From contig DF236950.1 in NCBI GenBank assembly GCA_000708835.1, positions 101,355 through 165,354 on the forward strand: a stretch of DNA of 64,000 nucleotides, given 5' to 3'. A program made the translations under genes and the position numbers. This stretch comes from Klebsormidium nitens (lineage: Eukaryota > Plantae > Klebsormidiophyceae). The notes below the pieces were generated by a model. That model saw only the letters and a list, made by a program, of their open reading frames with translations, was not told the DNA's origin and did not search any database. This document shows positions 1-12,000 of the stretch, in pieces (position 1 is the stretch's first letter; every line of letters begins with the position of its first letter).

Positions 1-848
1 TAGGCCGCCGGCCGGCCGCCTATAACAAAATGGCATTTTGAGTCACCTGCCCGCCGTTGCATAAGATTACGTACGTACAGGCTCACCATCATTCGCACTG
101 ATGCTTTTACTCAATGGTAAACAGGTTGGACTGCAGGCGCAAGATCATGCATGACACCAGGGCATATTCGAGATATGGAAACAGTGTCATGCAACCGTAC
201 GTCGACTGGAATTGAGTTCCAAAATCCATGGAGAAATATAGTTGTGATTTTAGTAGCTTAGCATGACGGTGCATACGGCGAGGGCCTAGCCGCCAGATCC
301 TACCATAAAATTAGACGTCGGAAGTTGTCGATTCAATGATTGCGACCCAGCCGCACTATGCCACCTGGCACCAAAAAGCCAGGACGATTGCTGTAAACAC
401 TCCTGCCAGAATGACGAGATGTGGCTGCCGTTGTGCATTGTGCAGGGCCGCCGGGCCCGGCAGGTCGACTACATACATGTACCTATGTGCTTATCTTAGT
501 TCAACTTATACTTGGCTGCGAATTGACTTCCTTATGGTGTGGCAGAGACAGTTCTTCTTTTGCGTGCAAACTGTGCAAGCACAGCAATGGTGCGGTCTTG
601 CATCAAGACGGCAATACCGGATCTCACTCGGCTGGTTCGCTGTCAGCCGAATTGCCATGACCTTGTAATAGCGAGACCTTTAGTTGGAGTTCAAGCGTGC
701 CATGCTCAGCTTCATAGACTTCGGCGCCATGTTTTCAACGTGCCCGAAAGCGAGGGCCCCGTTCACAGATCCGTCGCTGGTTGGATCTTGGTAATTCGAA
801 AACTTTTATGCCTAACCGTCCACAAGGCCTCTCTCGTACAGTATGTCC

Positions 849-3800
849 TTAAGTGGCCGGGCTTGCAAGAGGCAAGTACCACTCTTCGTCGAAGCCCGCC
901 TGGGCACGTGCCCAGTGATTGAACGGGGGCTGTACGGAAAAAGGGCAAGAGACTTTAAAATCAAGGGCAGCAAGGTTGCGACATTTATGTTTCCAAAGCA
1001 CTTGAGAGAGGGTCCCCGCTGGATCAGAGTGCAACATCGAGGCGTGTGCACTTCGTTGGGAACAACTCTACCCCTGACGTATTCCGCAACACTCGCAATC
1101 GCTGATTTTGGGAAGGCGACTGTCCTAGGGTGAGCAATTCAAAAGCTGCTCAGTCGAGCAACGGGTATGCCGAGCTTCTTCGTCAACGTTTACCCAGTCT
1201 CAGAAAGAACCTGAGGGGGGGACTGTTTCTCACCTTTAGTGGCCCCCTGAAGTGCCTCCGCACCACTTCGTGGAACTTGGAGACAACAAAGCGCCTCAGC
1301 TCCGCCTCGCTCGGGACGTCCGCCGAGCCCCCGGACACCGCTCCGTCACCAGACCCCTTTGCGACTTGCGAAGTCTCGTCACCCAGAATCCTTGTCTGCA
1401 ATGTGCTGCCTTTACCATCGACGTTTTTCTCGGCTCGCACTGAGCCCGTCTCACCAGCTTGGGACTCCCTAGACGAATTACTATCTCCCGTAGGTGCCAG
1501 AGGAGCTTGCGGCCTTCCAGACGTGTCGGGCCCCAAAGAACTTGCTTTCTCAGCTTGACACGTGTCAGCACATTTATGCCGCTCCGTCAGCGTGCAAGCT
1601 TCCAATCCTCGTGCCACGGACTCGCCGTCTGGGCTGACCTCCGGCACAAAACCCCCCCCGGACTTCGTCAGTCCTTCTCGAGAAGTAGCATGATTTCCAA
1701 CCAATTCCTCTCTACCGGCTGCTGCAATTCCCGCTGGTCCCGTTGCCGAAACTTCCCCCGCGCTAGTTGTTTCTCGACAGACGGACCGATTGTTCCCTCG
1801 ATACGCTTCGTTAGTGTGCCCTGACTCGAGGTCGCGCTTGCACAGGTACGTGAACCACTTCACACCCACCGCGCAGTGCGTGATCTCCTCCTGCAATGCA
1901 TCCACATGGACGAAGTTTTGCGATCAAGGCGCAAAGAGGCAGCAAAGCGCCTCTCGACAAGCTTTAACGGAAGGCCAAGTCCTCCAAATGCGATGGTATC
2001 TGTGGCGAAGAAGTGTCTCATTGGTTTTCGGAGGTGGAGGAACTGGCGAACAGAGAAGCGACAGAGAAGCGAACACCTCTCAAGAGCTTTGGCAGAGGAG
2101 ATTGTCTCCTTACCGAAAACCGAAACTCTCACGAGAACCCCAGAGTCGAACCCCAAGAATGAGGAGGGGCTAGGATGGCCGCACCGCTCGAAATGCACGA
2201 GTGAGCAGATATCGCAGGCGTCATCCTCTTATATGAAGGCAGACCGGCTGCAAAAGGCTTGCTCCCAAAAAGCGCTGTTGATATGACCGTTGAACCAGGC
2301 TCACGTGAGCTTTCCGACGAACGTCCCCCGGTCGACGAACGAGTAGCGGGACACGCAGAAGCGCAAAGATGCGGAAATGTGAAAGTTCAGGGACTGTGCA
2401 AAAGCAAACGCACCGGGTAGATTGTCTTCTCCAGCAGGTCCGCTGTCTCCGGATCGCCGCCAGACCGAAAGCGGGCAATCGTCTGAGGGACCACGTCTAG
2501 GCCGCGGGCCTGCAGGAGCGAGACAGTGCTTTGATCAGATACAAATCTACAGGATTGCAAATGAGCTCTTTGCTTATCTACCAAGCACGTTCAACGAGAA
2601 TGTACACGAACGATTCTCTGAACAATGGCATACTTGGACACGCGGACCCAACGGACAAAAGTGCACCTCTCAGCATTTTTCGTTAACTATTCTCGGATCA
2701 ATCGACTCATCGGCCCACTGAGACGGCCGAGACATGAGTGATCCGTTTTTAAGCTGCCCACTTCTTTGGACATGCTTAAGATGCAAGGTCATACAACCAA
2801 CCCTTGCAGCATCTCAAGGTGCTGTACCAGGCAGAAACTGAAATCAACTTGACGATTCGCAGAGTCAATTGTCAGCACGTTGAGTAGACTCGTCACAGTG
2901 GCACTTTCGATTGATGTCCGCCTAAAAAGAGGTATTTGGAGAACAGGCTTCATGTTTGTCAGGCTGACCTCGTGAACGCAGTGCTCGACCGCCAGCCTGG
3001 CCAGCAGGTCGCCCGCCGTTCCTGACGCCGACTCCCACAGCCCATCATGCGCTGGGAACTGCCTGCCAAGATATGGACTGAGTGAATTGTTGAGGCCAGG
3101 AGGGGTTCAACAGAATGCAGACGAAGCAGCCTGTGCGGTCTTTTTAGTGTCTGATGCCCTCTGTCCACCACAACAGGGGGCAAACGGGGCCTGATGAAGC
3201 GGGCTAGAAGATAACCACAGTATCACAAGGAGCCCAAATAAAGATGTCTCAGTGTTGCTGAGTGCCGAAGTTAGCAGAAGGCCACTACAACGCCAAGCTC
3301 TGGCTCTGACTGAGAAAACTTAACTCAATATGATGGGCAGGTAGGAAATATTGCTCTTTTCAATTAGCAAGACTCACAGCACCGTAGGATGACCCAATGT
3401 CTCGCAGCCGCCTTTCTAGCGCCTGGAAGTGACGGCCCTCATCGTCGGCCACCTTGACAAACTCGTCGAAGAACTCGCGGGGCATTGCGCAAGCGGGCCC
3501 GAAGCGGGCAATGATGTCCCAGGACAGGTCCACCGCCCAGCTCTGTACATGGAGGCACACAACCCTCAGGTCTTATAAGTGGTTCCAGGTTACAATAGTG
3601 TGCTCTGTAACGTCTTGTCCAAGCATCGGATAAAGAGCAGTCTAGTGTCTTGCTCTAGTCAAAGTGCAATGAGATCCTCGTCAGAATTTGAAAGCTCCCA
3701 TGATTGTCGTCAACCCGGGTGCGACGCGCGCGAACGATTGGTGCAATATCGGTGGATATGGTTACCTCGATGTGGACCAGGCTGTGCAGGAGGGCCTGCC

Positions 3801-4463
3801 GGCTGCTCAGGCTGCCCCCCCTGCCGCGTTTGGGGCCTTCCCCCGGAGCCAGAATCCGTACCTGGAAGAATGCGAGTTGTGATCTGTGATATCAGCAATC
3901 TGTGGCGCAAAACTTGAAAGTGAAAGATGGACCAGTGGTTAACCTGCAAGAAAAATCGATTCCCCACAGGAATGCAGTCTCAGTGGCGGTCAGACAGTGA
4001 TCAGGAGTGATCCAGTTGGAAGAGGGTGCACGCGGGCATCACTCCCTTGCAGCTAAATGGTTCAGGTCGCTCTGTGCAAACTAATCGCGGGACAGCACAG
4101 GTCGACAAAGCTTGCAAGCAATGGCACTCCACGGCAGTGGCCGCAACAGGAGCTCTATCTGAGATTAGAGAAGATGCTCTCCACGAGTGCAAAGTCAGCT
4201 CAACATGGAACTTCCAATCAGCATGGTCCTCGATACGCTCTCAAACCCACTATGGTCCTCACGGTGGTATCTCTTGCAGGTTTGTCCGGCACGTTGGAGG
4301 CCACATTATGAGCATCGTACGGGACAACGATTGCACCAGACCGCCAAAGATGTACCAGATTGGCTCCCCGCTGCGCCTTTAAATGAGGATCTTCAGTGCA
4401 AAGGATTTTGACTGCCCCAGTCACAAGAGTGTCTCCTGGGACAGGGTCGCCAGGACAGAACAT
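849..4463 (-). CDS. DUF455-family ferritin-like protein (7 exons)
   Basis: Exons 4463-4263, 3861-3766, 3542-3378, 3058-2969, 2509-2414, 1890-1234, 929-849, all GT-AG and in frame. The spliced product has the DUF455 motifs ALLHSLVHIESWAVDLSWD, DEGRHF, HDGLW, ARLAVEHCVHEARGLD, EEITHCAVGVKWF and PPFN. Start codon choice (4463) is less certain. Confidence 0.9.
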
Positions 4464-4599
4464 TCTGGCGCTGCCGCCACTGCACGGACCTCTGCATGAA
4501 TCATTCAATGATGAAGCAAGTCAGCAGCCCTTCATAAGTTCATTGGGCTATTGCAATCCTCCTGAGGCTAGTACCTACGCCGACGGTAGGTATCCTGAT

Positions 4600-7300
4600 T
4601 CCTGTCCCATGCATGTATCGTAGTATTCCTTTAATACCCCAATTCGGAATTCCCCGACCCATCAACCGGCTAGGTTGACAGGTCGGGGTTGGAAGGAAGG
4701 CGCCCGGGGGATGGGTAGTTTTAGGGGTTAGGGTGGTGATACGGTTGCCGAGCGTGTCAATTCCGGGTTTAGGATGTTGGTTATCTTTTTGTCCCCCCGA
4801 GCACTGTCCTTAGTCGAGGAGATGTATCTATTACCACCGGTATATAGCGGTCCGTGGACTACGGTTTGACATTTCTAGAGAGAGTTCAAACTTCAATGGA
4901 GACTCGGAATGATTGGGCTGCGCTCAGCGCTGCGCTTTGCAGTGTCAGTGTGCTGAGTATGCAGTGTGGCCTCGCTACCATCACACTCCCGAGACTGCGA
5001 GTTCTGAGGTTCAACCGGGCCGAGCATCCGGGATTTTGGGCACGCACTTATTTAAAAGTTAATTGAAATTTACCTTCAGCTTCTGAGGACCGGTCACCGG
5101 ACCCATTATAAATCAGTCACACGTGTAAGAACGTAACCGTCAATTATAGGTACCGGTAATACCTAAACGATTATCGGACCCCGGGGCCCGGTATACAGGG
5201 TAAATCCATTATCCCGATATTACTTATCATACCGTGGTCCGTACATCTCTCAAGAGTGCACGGAATCTCAAGGTAGGTACCTACGGTAGGTACGGGTACG
5301 AGGCTCGAGCTTGCCATTTCATTTCAACCTAGCTACTGTTTGTGAATGGAATTGACGTAGGTACCCAGGTACCGTGGTGGCACCCCGGCACCCCGGCACC
5401 CCGGGACAAATAGTATTGAGCAATGAGGCCCTAGGGACTTGGTCAACCGGGACGCAACCCCCTTGAGGCAACCCGGCACCCGCCGGCCCCGCGGGCCCCC
5501 ACCTGGCCCTTCAACCAAGTTCCCGGCCGGCCCGGGCCTGTTGACATTCGCATCAGGTTTATTCAAACCGCTGAGTCCTGACGATTCTCGATGATCTGGA
5601 TTCTGATCCGCGGCACAAAAGGCTGATCGATGCTCATGATTTACATGTGTCAGATCTTCCACGTAGGAGATCTCCGGAAAGCGGTACCTGTACCTAGCAT
5701 ACCGGTAATCCGTTAAAACCCAGGCGGGTACCGTACCGTAGTTGGACGAACTCAGCGAGGTACCTACCATGAACGACGGTACCCTGACACCCATGGGTAC
5801 CATTTGACATCGGTACCGTTTGCATCATTCACGGGGTCGGTTGGGCCAGTGGCAGGGGTGTCGGGGAAAATCCATTATAATCTTGCCGCAGGATGCATGA
5901 TAGCACGCCGCAGGAAACGTACAGCTAGTAGGTAGACCGTAGGTCTACAGTAACTTGGCTCAGAAGATTCACAGAGGTGTCTGTTGTTGACACTGTTGAA
6001 AGCATTATACCGTAATATACGCTCTTCCACTGCCAGTAAACACGGATCAGTGTTGAATCTCAAGGATCGATTTATCGAACGGGTCACACACAATGGCGTT
6101 AACCGGGGTCGAGACTTGATAGTCGAGAGTCGAGACTGGACAGTGGGGACTCGCAGTCGGCAAGCTCCATATCGATCCGAGTCCCGACTGACGTTTGCCG
6201 GGCCCCGGGGGGCAGCTGCACTCTGTCGATATTCTGTACCACCGGTCCTCAGCTAGCTGTAGCAACTCCAGGCTCCCAGTTGAAACTTGAAACAAGGTAC
6301 CGGTACCCAGTCAAACAACTCGGAGTGGTGGACAGTGTTCCTGCTCGCGGTTGTCAGAATGCGTGGAAGGAGAACGTGGACCAAATTCGCACGTTTTGGA
6401 CCCTCCCAAGCTTTAGTACCCTGTCGACCGCGCGCGGGGCCCGGGTCGGTGAGTCCGGGGTCCTGAACTTGCTAAAGTTCGTACCCGGTACAGTGTACCT
6501 GAACCGCTAACCGCTGTGGTCTGTGGGAGGCACCGGGGAGCGAGTGCTGGTCCCCTGCTGGCCCCAGTACAGCCGGGAGGAGCTACATACTTTGCGCGGT
6601 CCTGGGTACAAACCGGTGGGGGTCTCAAAAAGTCCGAATTTGGTACACGTTCTCCTTCCGCGGGTTCTGTCAAAGTCACGGTCGCCAATCTTCAACCATG
6701 AGCTCTGACCATGAGATCCATTTTGACGAGTAGAATTGTCAACATCCAACGGTTGATACGTAGCCAGGCTACAAGAGCAGTCTCGGCCGGTCACAATCTA
6801 CCGTAACAAACCGTGCAGGCAAACCAACTCTGAAACCCGGTCCAGGTTCCGGGGACATGATCGCGATTCGCATACCTACTGCGTCCGAAATCCGTTTGCT
6901 AAACATCGATGGTGAACACAGAAAGCTTCGAACCCAACTGATGGACCGTCTGTCGTCGATGTCAGTGGAGTCATGTGGCCAGGTACAGCGCTTCGAAGTT
7001 CGGACAGACATGCCATGAGTTTCTGCTCCGGAGCGATTCTCTGGGCTAAATCCGATAATTAACGTGCAGCTTAACCTGGGCCTTGCGTGAGCAGGTGTCT
7101 TTTAACTTTTCTTGCGGGACCCGCAACGAATTTTAAAACCAATCTGAGCCGTGAGATGCTCTAATTGGACGTTTTTGAAGCGCGTGGGCCGTAGCCCGTA
7201 CCGAATCTACTTTGCAAGAGCCTGCAGATGGCCCGGCGACGGGTCCCCGGTCCACTTATCGAAGCCTATTCACATGTCTTCCGAGGTCCGGTTTTCCGGT
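4600..7300. repeat. GGTACC- and palindrome-rich non-coding block, probably decayed or nested transposon-derived DNA
   Basis: 12 GGTACC hexamers between 5149 and 6307 (hand count), a GGCACCCC tandem near 5379-5404, hairpins at 4572-4592 and 4652-4688, and no recognisable ORF. Boundaries are approximate and no TIR/TSD pair was found. Confidence 0.45.
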
Positions 7301-9018
7301 ACCCAGCACGAGGACATCATGTAATGATTCATGATGATGATACCTGTCGTTCACATGCACGTACCGTACATGGTGCCTCGCGCCTGGCACGGTTTTGACA
7401 AAACTTTTGTCAAAAGCAAGGCCGTGGCGAATGTGACAAGGCGTCCTCCTCCACCTGGGTCCATGCCAGTCGTTGGACCACATCATTTCATTCAAAAGGT
7501 TCACCATTCAGTTCTGCGCACCATGATGTCGGTGGTCTGGCAAAAGTGGCATGAACTTTCTGACCTACCATCGACTCCCAGAATGGTTGTCATTCTCCCG
7601 AGATGCCAAGCCAGATGATTGGCGGGTGATGGCGCAGTGTGGTTGCTTCTTGCGGCCACTACGGTGGATCTATCTTTAGTTGATCTTTATGGCCCCGCTG
7701 CGTGTTGCAAAGCAGCTGAGATAGTCCGAAGCACCGCGGATGCGGTCGCCGAACCGTAAGAGCCCTTTGACCGGGCCCATGCCATTCTTGCAAATCAAGT
7801 AAGTGTAGTTCAAGAGTGGAAGGTTTCAGGGTGAGCACAGGAAAGTTTGACCCTGAGCTCTGCTTTTTCTGAGGCACGCACCGATTATGGAGGAGGTTGT
7901 TGTGGAATGTCAGCAAGGAGGGATGGGTGAGCAGCCCTCCTTTATGCCCCACTTTTAGGAAATTGCCTGTTTGAACAGATTGGCTCAGAGGGAGCTTCCT
8001 CAGAACCAGGTCATACTGCTAACCAGTGGATTTAACGAGCATCAAGAATGTTTTCCACTTCTTCTCATTCTCCATCACCTCACTGTGACCCGACGAATGG
8101 CGCAGCTGACGAACAATCTTTTGCCGCCCCAGAGGGGTGGTAATCACCTGGTTCGTTCAAGAAGAATTTGCCGAGTGGCTGAGAATCATGGCTCGATGGA
8201 GGAGGCTTGTCATCGTAGAGTGTCATTACCATTGGAGTGTCCCTGGAATCGCACAGCTCCAGTTTGAATCCTCACAGGAATTGAAATGCAGGTGGTTCAG
8301 CTTCTCTTGTATCTCGCAATACCTAGCTTACAAGGGCTTCTTTGTCGAGAGTTTAGACATCTCCGTATGATGGAGAGAATGGAAGGAGCTAGTCGGTGCA
8401 ATGCATCACATCGTTCAGTCCCAAATTTGATGTGGAAATCAAGCAGGAGAGCTGAATGGACATGGCCGCATATGCCGTCAATGTGGGGTTTCCACTATAA
8501 GTCTTGCTCAGTAGGCTGGCTAGTTCAGGCAGTCCGTCTCCTTGATTGCTTACTCAAGAGAGGTGTTGTCAAAACATGAGAGGCGCTGCAGGATGGAGGC
8601 GGATTTATTTCGCTTGTGGCTGTCTTCATTGGTCAACTCTAAAGGAAGAACTGGCAGCCACGTCTTTCTTGCAACGAGGGCGACGGAGCCGCACCTTAAT
8701 CAGCAATTTCTTGAGAGTTTGCTGTTTCTGATAAAGGTTTTGATTCTGGCGCTCAAGGATGGAAACAGAGAGTCTGGTCTGGTTTGCCTAGCTGGGTGAT
8801 CGGAGTGCAAGCACCTGCGATTAGGAGCTACCTTGCACCTAGTACGGGCAGATGATTGGCCTAGTCAACAATGTTGAGCAACTTGTAGCAGCTTTTGCTC
8901 CATCGTGAAAGCCTCCTAGCATCACGATTTTCGGGCTTGATCGATTCGTTTTCGCATTCTGGGGTCAAAAGCCTCTGCACCACCCTGTCTTGCAGACTCC
9001 TCTGCTGGTGATGTCGGC

Positions 9019-12000
9019 ATGACCTCCAGCAAGAAGCGGAAACCAGAGGAGAGTGATCCTGGCGAGCAACCCAGCCTGAAGCGGGCTGAGATAAGTGACA
9101 AGGACGAAAGTGCCCTGCCTGGCAGCAGTGGTGGCCAGATTAAGTCGGTCGGTTCCAATGGGAATCTCCTTGAAGGAGGGGGGCAGACAGCGGAGGAAGC
9201 AGACGCAGTAGAACCTGCTGATATTCTCAAGATGAATGGACAGCTGCTTGAGCTGGTGCACGAGCTGGAGGCTCACCTGTTTGATAGCGGCAAGCCAGTG
9301 CAAAAAACAAAGTTTTCTGAGTCTGTGGAGGCCAGCCAGCAGCGGTTGAATCGGTATAAGAAAAAGAAGCACAGGATTGCGACACCGGCTTCTATCCCCC
9401 CTGTTGAGGTGCGCCGGAAGCAGGGTGGGATCCCAGCGGCGGGTTCCATGCCCGCGAGCACAGCCAGCACTTTTGGCCACGGCATCGTGTCACCATCAGT
9501 GTGGAGTCAGGGGGTGTTCTCCAATGTAGTAGCTCCGGGGGGTGCTGCCGGAGGACAGGGGCTCGCTTCTTTGTTGCAAACAGGGGAGGAGACGCCGGTG
9601 AGTGAGTATAAGCAGGCCGGCCAGGAAAGCCAGAAGCCTGTAGAGGGCGCAAGCGCCCCAGGGGCCAAGGATGACAAACCGGCCAGCAGCGGGAGCGGGC
9701 AAGGGAGTAAAGAGAAGGGAGAGGAGGTCGACGGCGCGGCGGAGGGCGTGGCCGCTCGAGGGGACGAGGCGCTTGCCAAGCTGGTGAGCAGTGCTTCCAC
9801 TCCAGAGATACTGGGAGCTGCTGAGAGGGACCCTCACTAAGTGTATGTGCAGACAATGTCCATCGTTTGCAGCTTATGTACATCCTGTTGGAATCTGCGC
9901 CGGGGAAGACCTTTCTGAATTTTGTGTTGAAAAAGACTTGCTAATTGATGAAATCCGAGTGGGTCTGCATTCTCATGCTGCTAAGGAGAATCTGGCCGCA
10001 TATCGCGCCCCTTTCTCCTATCTTGGCCAGTGCGTTCTGTTGCGGGCAGTGGCACCCGCTTCCCCATCCTCACAGAACCTGGCTGCCGCAGACACCTTGA
10101 TAGTCTGCAGTCCTAGCACTTGACCACTTTCCGGATCTGTGCTTTCCTGTCCAGGTCATCCAAAAGGAGGAGGAGATCGGAAAGCTGCGCACAGAATTGC
10201 AAGCCATCCAGCAGCAGACTGGGGCGACAGCGAGACCTGATGCAACCCAGGCTTTGCCACCGAGGACCCCGATGCCTGATGCAGCTCAGGCTTTGCCACC
10301 AATGACCCCGAGAGGCCCGTCAGGGTGAGGAACCTTGTCAAGCAGGAAGTTTATGTCTGCCTGGGAGCTGCAAGCACCAAAGTGGTTTGGATGCTGATTT
10401 GGTGAAGAATGCAATCAGAAGCTCTGCTACAATGCCACGCAGATCACCAGATTGAGGTGGTCACTTTTGCAGATAATCTGGACAGCTTAAGTGAGATTGC
10501 CCCCTTGATCTAGACCTTCTGCCACGCTTCCGGAACGGTTCGCTTTTTGAGCACGCTTTGGCCTGTCTGTGAAGCAATAGTCTGCAGCCAATGTTTCCTG
10601 ATTGCAGATTTAGACGCTAGAGAACACGAATGATTAGTGTCACCATGCGATCTCCGATGTTAACTTTGTTGAGATGGACTTGGCCCCAGCCAGCCCTGTC
10701 ATTTTACAGAGGCTCTTAAGCCCCTTAGACCTACAATTTAGAACTTGTCTTTAGAAGCGAGTCTACAGTATGTGGTGCTGCAGTGTCCATGTACTTGCAG
10801 CTTGGTTTGCATTGCTGGCTTTGCAAAGCTTCTTGCAGCATGCACACTGTTTGTGTGTCTTTCTGCCTGGTTCTCCACTTTTGACCATCCTTTGACGGGT
10901 AGAATCTGGTTTATTCCTCTGGTTTGGAGCTTTGCCAGGCATGGTGTTGCACACTGACTAGGGGCCATAGATTCAGTTCAAAAGGCATGTCAGACAGACA
11001 TTGTGGATGTGGAGGCCCTTCTTCCCTGCTGGAAGCCCTGCGGTTAGACGGCATCCTCTGTTCAAACTTCATTAAGCCTTCTGAGGCCTGAAGATGCTCC
11101 TCGAGACTCATCCGCTGGGAGGTGCTGCATCAACACCCTGCCACCGTTTCCCTTTGGCTCCAACTGGGAACCCAAATTCTGCTTCTTTGCAGTCATGCTG
11201 TCCCGTTCCGCTCATCTAAGACCAGCGATCTCGATCGCAGGACAACGGCGGTCAGCCAATCACGTAATCTCCCATTGTGTGCGCGCAATTATTCAAGGGC
11301 TGAAAAGCAGCTGTCTGACAGCCTGCCTGACTTCCACTTTCAAGACTCACAGTGGCAACAACTCACCAGATCAATGCATCTTTGAGCAGCTTCTCAGTTG
11401 TATATCATTCCTCAACCCTGAAGGGACAAATTTTTGGCGTCTGAAGCCTCTCAAATTGTTGCAGGAATGCCCCCCCAGCCGCTCTGGCGGCCACGGTCGC
11501 AGAACTGGAAAAGAAGCTAGCAGAGGTGACTGCCGAAAACACAGCGCTCCAGACGACAGTCAAGGCTGCGCGCGCAGATGCTGAGAAACAAGAAGTGCGC
11601 ATTGCCACCCTGGAGAGTATCATTAGCAAAAAGGACGCAGCACACACAGAGCTGGCGGCGCAACTAGAGGCAGCTCGGAAAGGCACAGAGGGGGAGGGAT
11701 CCCACAGCGACAGCGAGCTGAAAAACGAGGTGCGGCAGCTAAGGGAAGCGCTGGAGGTGGTGCACGCAGTGGAAGGCGAGCTGCGGCGGCAAAGTGCAGA
11801 GAAGGACTCGCGCATCACTGCGGCGGCGAGCATTGTCGAGCAGCTGAAGCAGGCAACGGAGCACCTGCAAGTAGGTGTCTGATCCTATGATCTGCATTCG
11901 GCAGCATCGTGCAGAGCTTTAGAGTATCTATGGATTCGTGTGAGATGCAAGATGTTGGGGTTGGGGAAAGTGATCGTTTTAGCTCACCCCGGAAGCCAGA

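Noticed and set aside
5333-7618. ORFs in the repeat block (5333-5803, 5875-6093, 6413-6688, 7331-7618) as transposase or viral genes
   Set aside because: No DDE, HUH/Rep-helicase, RT, integrase or capsid motifs are recognisable, and codon usage is unlike the real exons.
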